Below, piece by piece: positions 56,801-64,000 of a stretch of DNA of 64,000 bases (position 1 is the stretch's first letter; each line of letters starts with the position of its first letter). The notes beneath the pieces were generated by a model. That model did no database searches, was not told the origin of the DNA, and worked only from the letters and a program-made list of their open reading frames with translations. Position numbers and translations under genes: made by a program. This DNA is from a virus. The stretch covers positions 1 through 64,000 of IMG/VR virus record IMGVR_UViG_3300046002_004036; one strand, 5' to 3'.

Positions 56801-58248
56801 ATATTTTTTCTAAGAATACTTGAAAGCAATGTAGAGGCACTATCGCTTTGACTAGAAAAAACATTAACTATTTCATTATTATATAAAAGTGGTATTGCTG
56901 AAAGTGTTATGTTACAACTGTTTGTGTTCATTGAGGAAATAGGCAATAGATTATTTTGTCCGTCTAAGGATTTATCTATTGATATATTTTCAACAAAACT
57001 TGATAAATCTACTTCAAGTCTTGGAGAAACCTCAACAAGTTGCATCTTGACTAAATCACTAGTTAAATTAGCATTGTCATAAGAAGAAAATTCGGATCTG
57101 GTTGTTTTTGATATTTGTGATACAGATAATGATGTTAATGACATTGTTTGGCTTATAGACCCAGAACTTGTAAAACTAGGCATAGAAGACCACTTTGTTT
57201 TTGTCCATTCCGAGCCTGTGTAGTATAGAGTCAATAGACCTGTGGTAAAACTATCTGCGTTAGCTGGCATAGATATGGTTTCACTGCCGTCAACACTAAT
57301 AAAAGAATTATTTACTTTTATTTTTATTGAAGGTATTGTTACTAGTGTATTAAACTTAACAATAATTTTGTTAGTAAGAATACCCTTTTCATATTTTGCC
57401 GTTATCATATTACTTGTACCATCTGAAACAAAATATTTATAAGCAGAAATGTCTGTTGGTAAAGCACTCTTTAGTGCTGGTACTGGGGAAGATGCTAGAA
57501 AAAATGACGGCATTTGCGTTATAGAACTTATTGGAGAATATACAGCAGATGTATAACCAGTTATTGTAGGTGAGGTAATTTTTCTATAATTAGAAGGAAA
57601 TAAACAATTTATATTTCCAGATGGTACGTATGACTCACCTGGTCTAAAGTATGAGAAAACGCTATCGGTTGGCCAAAAAGATCCATACTTATAGTCCTCA
57701 TAAGAGGTTTTGTATACTTCTGGTACCGTAAAATATACTATTGGATTATCAGTTATACCACTTAAAACATTAAAATTAACTCTATAAGTAAATGAAGATA
57801 TAGTATCTCCTGATGCTTGCGATGTTCCAATGTATGTGGTAATTTTAGTCCACCCAAGAGAACTAACTTCTTCTTGGGTTGATCCGTATTGACTACTTGT
57901 TCCTTCGGCAAAAGCAGTAGCCATAATTGGCATAGAGTTATTTGTTTTTACATAGGTAATTATTTTATATGCTTTACCGCCATTAGCAGTAACAGAATAT
58001 TGTAAAAAACCTTGTCCACTTGACATTGTAAATTTTTTAGTTGTAAAGTTAGGTTTTGATTCACCTGTGGTTGCAGAAGCTAGGGTACCCGTAGAAGAAG
58101 GCGATGTTAAGCTCATTGCTGTAATATCACCTGCAATAGTTACATAAGGTGGATTAAATAAGTTATGATTCCACTCAGCAGAAACTACGGGGACTAAACC
58201 AATTGAATCAGAATCATTAAAGATTGCAGAGTTAATGTTATCTAACAC
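53893..58248 (-). CDS. large tail-tip/central tail protein
   Basis: 1451 aa; C-terminal GNPLIQVGDII hub motif. Confidence 0.8.
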   Translation of the reverse strand: MLDNINSAIFNDSDSIGLVPVVSAEWNHNLFNPPYVTIAGDITAMSLTSPSSTGTLASATTGESKPNFTTKKFTMSSGQGFLQYSVTANGGKAYKIITYVKTNNSMPIMATAFAEGTSSQYGSTQEEVSSLGWTKITTYIGTSQASGDTISSFTYRVNFNVLSGITDNPIVYFTVPEVYKTSYEDYKYGSFWPTDSVFSYFRPGESYVPSGNINCLFPSNYRKITSPTITGYTSAVYSPISSITQMPSFFLASSPVPALKSALPTDISAYKYFVSDGTSNMITAKYEKGILTNKIIVKFNTLVTIPSIKIKVNNSFISVDGSETISMPANADSFTTGLLTLYYTGSEWTKTKWSSMPSFTSSGSISQTMSLTSLSVSQISKTTRSEFSSYDNANLTSDLVKMQLVEVSPRLEVDLSSFVENISIDKSLDGQNNLLPISSMNTNSCNITLSAIPLLYNNEIVNVFSSQSDSASTLLSSILRKNIKFYVNFNLFEYSDLSTNTVTSTTAYVPAGVFYSDSWDESDIDTVSIQSFDISRYLQSTPVPDYVVNLKNVFDVITNILDLAGFTDYDYDSLYNVCNNKANPMDLAYFYCNSKDSTIVDTLNKIFVAYQIGAYIDEYGIMKFLSLHNILSSSTSNLTVSDFNIKQGGFSISNKAKPGKISLRYQIPKVKQSPSLQNVTNPMVKNSPSFVYATSNDVVWQQQSIDSVGFNYINSNMEKNSNMFNINVNDLQDIFHTFNRDASGYAFIENEIVSFLYKEYEIGKFGESPITVSIKNDTELQSEINNFIKQNNVGLKTSYATVTNVARSGSAVVYTAANTFKVGQKVIVTAVNPKTYNINGIISSRTNTSFSIIDPAAGTYVSGGEATVPFDYEVIVTPTGNITNVQRGLYGTVPAAHTRITTLASKSLSEKRFNDSTLALATSSGYTSIIDDNDNESTLPSISKINVSETIYDIGINNKLLIYPTTETDIGYHTYSVKFDMPDQSVASAGLFFNMASTTSSAEAYFIELVRYNQENPKSPGDLYDPPKYKYVLLAKNVTTGVMFWSEVTGECNSIVNNFSKIIKKTLVGKEYEYSYVTDNPFNLKVAITSSDGSDGESGTVGNNKIILSIFLNNVEIVGWQESKTDDYDVTTNPGGSGWKSTEVNGLTGMRQKPYFDDDIQTGTKFGFHASMYPTMVPDLHPEPEYFDQGTRVSPAALREIHATEKALTERSVSYFYQDREFLNGLVQGQPLYSNSITYLMQTSPEVAGINYYDVQYTTPAAVSVDVLPVEYMWYYFPGNEKEDQTNYQKKLIDEYSLSYSTPINTGFRAKMVIANNSSNMVFLHKEADDLDQFTINLNLWTHEIVAPSDPEILEVLIDQSNSSEVAQLDSEWIQSKQAAQRMLKLVQMGIEGFSKDANLSIFGNPLIQVGDIITLTYSLNGISQQKYFVHSVSHSFNQGLETRLGLKRIQ

Positions 58249-58754
58249 TAGATCTCCGTAAATTCAATACTTATATCTACATAGTCTGCTACTGAGGTTC
58301 TTTTTGAAAGAGTCTTTGAAAATGAGGTTATAAAAACACTATATGTTCTAGATCCCGTTGCATTTGTCGTAGATGTTTCTGTGTACGCCGTTTTAAAATT
58401 AGTGCCAGATTCGTCTGGAATTGCACCTAGAGCAGGGTCTGCATTAAGTTTAGATTCAATAACCTTAACATATATTGGGATCCCAGCGTTAGCATTATAA
58501 AATGATTCCATCCAAGCAGCGCCTTTATTGCCGTCTGCTGTCTCTGCTGTCTTTGTAGGCAAAAATGTCCAAGAAGTTGAAATGTTATGTTTTTTAGCAA
58601 CTACATATTTTCTCATAGCACCATTGGCCATACGAGATGATGACTCAATTAGATCCACGTCTATCTGGATAGGTTCTCTATTATGGTCTGTTAGTTTGTA
58701 CCAAGTTGATCCATTTAAGGATACCTGTATACCTGCTTGAATTTTATATACCAT
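58248..58754 (-). CDS. distal-tail-like protein
   Basis: immediately downstream of tape measure; RMANGAMRKY. Confidence 0.7.
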   Translation of the reverse strand: MVYKIQAGIQVSLNGSTWYKLTDHNREPIQIDVDLIESSSRMANGAMRKYVVAKKHNISTSWTFLPTKTAETADGNKGAAWMESFYNANAGIPIYVKVIESKLNADPALGAIPDESGTNFKTAYTETSTTNATGSRTYSVFITSFSKTLSKRTSVADYVDISIEFTEI

Positions 58755-61700
58755 TACATCATCACCGCATTTGATTTATTATTTTTTGAGGTTTCAAGTT
58801 TAAGTTTTCTAATTACTTGGTTTGCTATTTCACTTGGATTTGAACTTCCACCATTTATAGTCATATCAATATTATACACTGCTCCACCCATTGAAGTGCT
58901 TGAATTTGATGTACCAACCTTTTGATTGTTAATTGCATCCATAAATCCAACACCATAGTTTTTAACTGAATCTGCTTTTACTATATATTCTCCATTAGAT
59001 ACACGAAGTTGTGGTAGTCCACCACTTGCAAATCTAGCAGCGATTGAGTCTGATGTTCCCGTGCCTGGACCTTTAATAAGACCACCCATGTAGTTGCCTT
59101 TTGCTTTTGCTTTATTTAATGCTGTTTCTGCATTAGTAACTCTTGCTCCAGCAGTTAATTCTGAGATTCTATTTTCTAGATCTGTTATTTTTTTATCAAG
59201 TGCAATAGATGCTGTTTCTTTATTAAATTCTGCTCTTTGGAATGATTTTTGTTGATCAATTATTGCAGCACCAATATAGTTACCTGAAATTTTTGCTTGA
59301 ACTGCCTCTTGTTGCAATTGCATTAATTTTTGTTGATACTCATATTCACGTTTTACTTCGTCGGCAGATTCTTTAGATGCATCTCTAATTTTCTTTTTTT
59401 GCACAAGCTCTTGTTGAAGTCTAGCAATTGTAAGCTTTGCTTGTTTAGAAAGCACATCAGTATTTGTTCCACCAGCGCTGCCGCCGTCTTCAATACCGCC
59501 AAACATCTCTGCTAAAGTTTTTTGAGTTTGATCATACAATTCTTTAAAATCTTTTGATTTTGCGTATGCTTCAATTTGTTTAGCTAGGCTAGTTTTTCTC
59601 ATTAAATTGTTTTTTTCAGCAAATGATCTAACTGCTGGAATACGAATATTGCCTTTTTCGTCACGCTCTATAGGTGTTGTTTGCATTACAGCATTTGCTA
59701 ACATTATTTGTCCAGCACTTAATTTTGCCGCTAGTCCTGCAGATTTGTAGACTTCTTTAATTTGATTAAGTCTATCAATAGCATCTTTATTTCCACTATT
59801 ATTTATTGCAGTACTAAGTGCAATAACTCCAATTTTTGCATTAAGCGAAGAAGCATTTACTCCGTCTATTCTTTGTTTCATTTGATCAAAAGTAAGTGAT
59901 CCATTACTAGTAATACTAAATATATTTAACAATTGATCTGCAAATGCTTTTTGTACTGCAGTTAATTCTTTATATGATTTTGCAAATTCTCCTGCAACAT
60001 TTACATTATATAAAAATGAATCACCATTTTTTTGAATTAAAGTATCAAGTTTGTTTAAACTTTTAGTTGTAGCTGTTTGAGCATCAACAACATCTTTAGA
60101 AACAGACTGCCAAACCGCTCCAAAATCTTTTGTTCTGTTCGCAGCGGCAAGTAAAACTTGTACATATTGTTGTGCATTTTTTGGATCAAGTCCACCAGTT
60201 GCAATTGCTGAAGTAACTTGTGATCTAATTGAACCTGTAACACTTTGTAGATCAGACTTATTAGATGATATATTTTTAATAAATTTTGATATTGGGTCAT
60301 CTTCTGGAAGTGCTTTAATAGAAGCAACCATATTTTGAATTTCTGGAGAAAGAAAACCTAAAGAATCTTTAAGGGTTTTTGAAGAATCGGTAATACTAGT
60401 TATTTTTAAACTAGTGTCTAAAGCAGTATCGCCAAACATTTTAATAACTTCTGTACTTGCTGTAAAAGTTGCTTTTACTGTAGCATCATGTTCTTTTTCT
60501 TTTGATATAAGTGTAACTAGTGCAGAAGAAACTAATCCTATTGCAGCCCCTGCTGCAGTACCCCAGGGACCAAAAAGCATACCCATATTAGCACCAGTCA
60601 TGGTAGATTGAATAACTCCTTTACCAGCAAAGTCTGGCATGGATCCAAGTGCCATGTTTGCACCAAGGAGGCCAAGACCTCCACCAAGTCCTCCAACCCT
60701 ACCCATTCCTCCACGCATTCTTCCTGCTACTGAAGTGTTTTGTGCTTGTGGTCTAGGGATTACTGATAATTCTTGTGTTCCCGCAGGAATTATAGGACCA
60801 ATTGGGGCAGGGCCTTGTCCTCTTGTTGCACGTCGTGCTCCAGTTCTGGTTCCATTTACTGCTGTTGAACTTAATTGTTCTGCTTGTGTCTTAACATTCT
60901 TTTTACGCTTTTTCATTCCAACTTCAAGGCCACGAGCAATGTCTTCACCAATTGGAATTGTTTTTTTAGAAGGAGATGCAGTACCTGCTGCTTTAGCTGC
61001 AGATTTAATTGCGCCATTTGAAATTTCTGCTGCTTGCCCGTTCATAACTTGTGCAGCTTTTGATACAGATCCTGAAGCCATTGGATTAGCTTGCAAAGAT
61101 GCAATGTCTGTCATCTGTGGTTTAAATACGTGACCCATCTGTAAATCTGCTGCAGAGTTTCCAGTCATTCTTTCATATAGAGTTTTAACTCCAGGTCTGA
61201 TTGCTGTGTAAGACCTTGTTCCAAATAGTTTAGTTTGAAAAGCTCCTCTTCTTCCACGAGATGGGTTTGTTTCTCCAGGTTTTCTTGCCTCTGTAGGAAT
61301 TGTTCCATATACATCTGGATCTAATCCAAAAGTTTTTCTTACAACTCCTCGTTCTGCCTCAGATGCTATCTGGTTAACTTCTTTTTCTACCGTTTGTCCT
61401 GCATTTGTCCAAGCGCTAGCAAATCTTTCATTACTATCTTTTATGTCTTTATATGTTGTATCAAGATCTAAGTTTAATTTATCAACAAAAGACTTAGTAA
61501 GGTTTTCGTATTCTTTTGCAATAGGATCAAATTTTCCTACACGTATATTTGATTGTGTTGGAGCAATTCCTCTTGACTCACCAATTCTTGCTATTAGGTT
61601 TGATAAAACAGAAGGGACGTCTGTTGCTCCTGCTTTTTGTTTCATATTTTCTGTTTTGTTTTGTAGTCTCATTGCAAATTCTGGAAATATTGGAATTTTT

Positions 61701-63850
61701 CCATTTGCAAAACCTGGAATATTTCCAGCAACTAGTCCTGCAACCATTCCTGGATATTTTTTTACACTTGCTGCTGGTATTACTGCTTCACCATTTGAAA
61801 CCATTGCTGGAATAGAATCTGAAGTACCATTTCCTGGACCAGTGATAATTCCACCATTTGCAAGTTTTCTTGGAATTCTCATCATTCCAGGATTGATCGC
61901 TGCAAACCTTGCTCCTGCTGCTGCTGCTGATTGATATGCAGCAATAAGTTTATTTAATTCTGCAGTCTCAACTGTAAATTGTTGTGTGAGTCTTGCATGT
62001 GACTGATTAAGTGAATGTGCTGCGGCAGCTGCTTCTAGTTGCTCGGTTGTCATGTACTGTGTTTGTTCACCAAGATTTTTTGATTGCCCTGTTAAATTTT
62101 GATAACCAGTACGAAGTGTTAAGAATAATTTCATTATATTTGCAACACCGTTTGCAAGTAAACCAAAAGTCATAAGTAGTATTGGTCCAAGACCACCAAT
62201 AACAGTTACCATTACGGTAATTGCTTTTTTAGTTCCATCGGAAAGATCTGCAAATCTGCTTGCAATTTTTGAAACAAAGTCAAGAACAGGAGTTACTGCT
62301 TCTAGAAATGCTTGTCCTACTGGAATTATTGCAGCCTTAAGATCTTCAACAGATTTTTTAAATTTATTCATTGATGAATTGGCTGTAATGCCTAATTCTT
62401 TATTTGATAAAGATGCAAGTTCTTGTACCGATGATCCTGCTAAATCTAAAACTCTAGAAGCTTGTGTTCCATCTTTAGTTACGTTTTGAAATAATGTAGA
62501 CAAACGAGCAAACTGAAATTTACCAAACATCTGTTCAATGGCTCTGGCCCTCTGTAAAGGTGCAAGAGTATCAAGTGCTTGAGCAAAACCAATTACAGTA
62601 GCTTTTAGATCGCCTTTGTTATTTTCTACAATACCATTAATATCAATGCCCAGTCCCTGAAACATTGCTCTTGCTTTTGTACTTGGATTAATTAATGATG
62701 CAAGGCCAGACTTAAGTGCGTTAGCTCCTTCTGATGCATTTACTCCGCCTTCTTTCATAGCAGTGAGGAAGAATGCTAAATCTTTTACATCTCCACCAAG
62801 TTGCTGAATAATTGGTGCAACTTTTGGAATTGCAATTGTTACGTCGTCAAGAGATAAAACAGTCTGGTTTTCTACTGCGTTAAGAAAATCAATGCTATTG
62901 GCAAGATTGGCACTTGAAGTTCCAAATGCATTTTGTAAAGAAATTGTAGTTTGAAGAGCCTGTTGATTATCAATTTGTCCAAGGACCGATAGTCTTGTTG
63001 CTTCTGTTGTCTGGCGTTGTAGATCTAGCCCTTTAAAGCCTGCTGCAGCCGCATCAGCGGCCAAACCAACAGTATCTGCAACTGCTATACCATATTTAGT
63101 AAACTCGCTTGCAAGGGCCTGTACGTCTGCTAGAGCTTGTTGTGTTTCTTCTTGTGGAGTAAATAAATCTCCATATACCTTTTTAAATTTAAGTGCTTGT
63201 GCTTCCATCTTCATAAAGGCTTGGGATGCAGCAGAGCCAACAGCCATAAGTGGCAGGGTAAAACCAACCATTAACTGACGTCCAGCCCACTGTGTATTTT
63301 TACCAAAGTTTAATAGATTAGTTGAACCTTGCTTCATTAGCTGATTAAACAGTGCTTGTTTCTGTGCAGCAATTTGAGTCTGTGTTGCAAAGTTACCCAT
63401 ATCTAACTGATTAGGAATAATAGCAATAGCTTTCATTACTCCAGAAGCATCTCTGCCCATCTTAATGTATTGGGTTTGAAGTTTCTTTACCCGATCTTCT
63501 GCTACCTTGCCAATTGTGTCATACTCTGATTTAAATAATCTACCAAATGTTTTTGTAGATGCTCCAGCATAACGGAAATATTCTCGCATTGAGAACTTGT
63601 TCTTTTCAAGAGAGCTAGTAAAAGACTCTGATGTTGTTTTTACATTGCGGAGTTCTGCAGAAAAAGATCCAATAGCATTTACGCTACTAAGAAAATTTCT
63701 CTGCAGATCCCTTTGTGCAAGTGCTGCTGCTGAACTTGATTTAGCTATTGAAGAGTGAAACTGAGATATCTGACGTTGTAGGTCCTTAAGTTGGCCCAAT
63801 GCTTTGGACGTGTCAATATTTACGCCAATATTAGCATTTACATCAGCCAT
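58754..63850 (-). CDS. tape measure protein
   Basis: 1698 aa helical, TP901-like core, two GPGxGTSDSI motifs, TM-like Gly/Ala segments. Confidence 0.95.
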   Translation of the reverse strand: MADVNANIGVNIDTSKALGQLKDLQRQISQFHSSIAKSSSAAALAQRDLQRNFLSSVNAIGSFSAELRNVKTTSESFTSSLEKNKFSMREYFRYAGASTKTFGRLFKSEYDTIGKVAEDRVKKLQTQYIKMGRDASGVMKAIAIIPNQLDMGNFATQTQIAAQKQALFNQLMKQGSTNLLNFGKNTQWAGRQLMVGFTLPLMAVGSAASQAFMKMEAQALKFKKVYGDLFTPQEETQQALADVQALASEFTKYGIAVADTVGLAADAAAAGFKGLDLQRQTTEATRLSVLGQIDNQQALQTTISLQNAFGTSSANLANSIDFLNAVENQTVLSLDDVTIAIPKVAPIIQQLGGDVKDLAFFLTAMKEGGVNASEGANALKSGLASLINPSTKARAMFQGLGIDINGIVENNKGDLKATVIGFAQALDTLAPLQRARAIEQMFGKFQFARLSTLFQNVTKDGTQASRVLDLAGSSVQELASLSNKELGITANSSMNKFKKSVEDLKAAIIPVGQAFLEAVTPVLDFVSKIASRFADLSDGTKKAITVMVTVIGGLGPILLMTFGLLANGVANIMKLFLTLRTGYQNLTGQSKNLGEQTQYMTTEQLEAAAAAHSLNQSHARLTQQFTVETAELNKLIAAYQSAAAAGARFAAINPGMMRIPRKLANGGIITGPGNGTSDSIPAMVSNGEAVIPAASVKKYPGMVAGLVAGNIPGFANGKIPIFPEFAMRLQNKTENMKQKAGATDVPSVLSNLIARIGESRGIAPTQSNIRVGKFDPIAKEYENLTKSFVDKLNLDLDTTYKDIKDSNERFASAWTNAGQTVEKEVNQIASEAERGVVRKTFGLDPDVYGTIPTEARKPGETNPSRGRRGAFQTKLFGTRSYTAIRPGVKTLYERMTGNSAADLQMGHVFKPQMTDIASLQANPMASGSVSKAAQVMNGQAAEISNGAIKSAAKAAGTASPSKKTIPIGEDIARGLEVGMKKRKKNVKTQAEQLSSTAVNGTRTGARRATRGQGPAPIGPIIPAGTQELSVIPRPQAQNTSVAGRMRGGMGRVGGLGGGLGLLGANMALGSMPDFAGKGVIQSTMTGANMGMLFGPWGTAAGAAIGLVSSALVTLISKEKEHDATVKATFTASTEVIKMFGDTALDTSLKITSITDSSKTLKDSLGFLSPEIQNMVASIKALPEDDPISKFIKNISSNKSDLQSVTGSIRSQVTSAIATGGLDPKNAQQYVQVLLAAANRTKDFGAVWQSVSKDVVDAQTATTKSLNKLDTLIQKNGDSFLYNVNVAGEFAKSYKELTAVQKAFADQLLNIFSITSNGSLTFDQMKQRIDGVNASSLNAKIGVIALSTAINNSGNKDAIDRLNQIKEVYKSAGLAAKLSAGQIMLANAVMQTTPIERDEKGNIRIPAVRSFAEKNNLMRKTSLAKQIEAYAKSKDFKELYDQTQKTLAEMFGGIEDGGSAGGTNTDVLSKQAKLTIARLQQELVQKKKIRDASKESADEVKREYEYQQKLMQLQQEAVQAKISGNYIGAAIIDQQKSFQRAEFNKETASIALDKKITDLENRISELTAGARVTNAETALNKAKAKGNYMGGLIKGPGTGTSDSIAARFASGGLPQLRVSNGEYIVKADSVKNYGVGFMDAINNQKVGTSNSSTSMGGAVYNIDMTINGGSSNPSEIANQVIRKLKLETSKNNKSNAVMM

Positions 63851-63872
63851 GCATCACCTCTTTTAAGTTTTA

Positions 63873-64000
63873 TTATTCAAATGCAAGAGTGTTTGCTACA
63901 GATCCAAGTTCAATTCCTGATGCTGCTTCAACAATCTTATAGACCGTAGGAAGATCAAGAATTTCTTCAAGTGCTTCCAAGTCTTTTGCCAATTCTGGCT
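63873..64000 (-). CDS. 3' end of probable tail assembly chaperone (partial)
   Basis: ...LEEILDLPTVYKIVEAASG...FE*; directly upstream of tape measure. Confidence 0.6.
   Translation of the reverse strand, partial: PELAKDLEALEEILDLPTVYKIVEAASGIELGSVANTLAFE

Noticed and set aside
1-64000. Alternative genetic code or stop-codon readthrough
   Set aside because: Long conserved genes are intact in the standard code, all three stops are used, and no suppressor tRNA was found.

Overview
A 64-kb segment of a large, AT-rich tailed dsDNA phage, probably a siphovirus of (freshwater) Actinobacteria. Host clues are whiB, dnaE-type polymerase, many leaderless -10/N6/ATG genes and an actinobacterial-style secreted Ig-like protein. 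Layout: (1) 1-12.4 kb, mostly + strand, holds early/accessory genes and many Cys-rich microproteins, a ~0.8-kb non-coding block with four perfect DnaA boxes and polarised repeats, and two stand-alone virion-appendage cassettes. (2) 13.4-19.8 kb is an eight-gene glycosylation/methylation cluster. (3) 19.8-32.7 kb (-) carries lysis and auxiliary genes (holin-like, WhiB, thioredoxin, SNase, CHAP endolysin, HNH, PstS, Hsp20, S8 protease, proteasome/HslV-like, PA14 and Ig-like surface proteins), tRNA-Gly, tRNA-Asn and a candidate small ncRNA; a CAT-anticodon tRNA lies at 12.3 kb. (4) 32.7-47.5 kb (-) has the terminase and a replication/recombination module. (5) 47.5-64 kb (-) is the tail module ending in the tape measure protein. 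The most striking observation is a tail-fibre insert made of two separate but co-varying repeat arrays (8 Cys modules out, an NG turn, 8 YD modules back), which suggests a nested hairpin stalk. Other highlights are a ROSE-like thermometer on the phage hsp20, a separately promoted ~80-nt structured RNA, the DnaA-box cluster, and a peptide tag shared by the two genes flanking a 2OG-Fe(II) oxygenase. Family names come from motif recognition by eye; no database searches were run.
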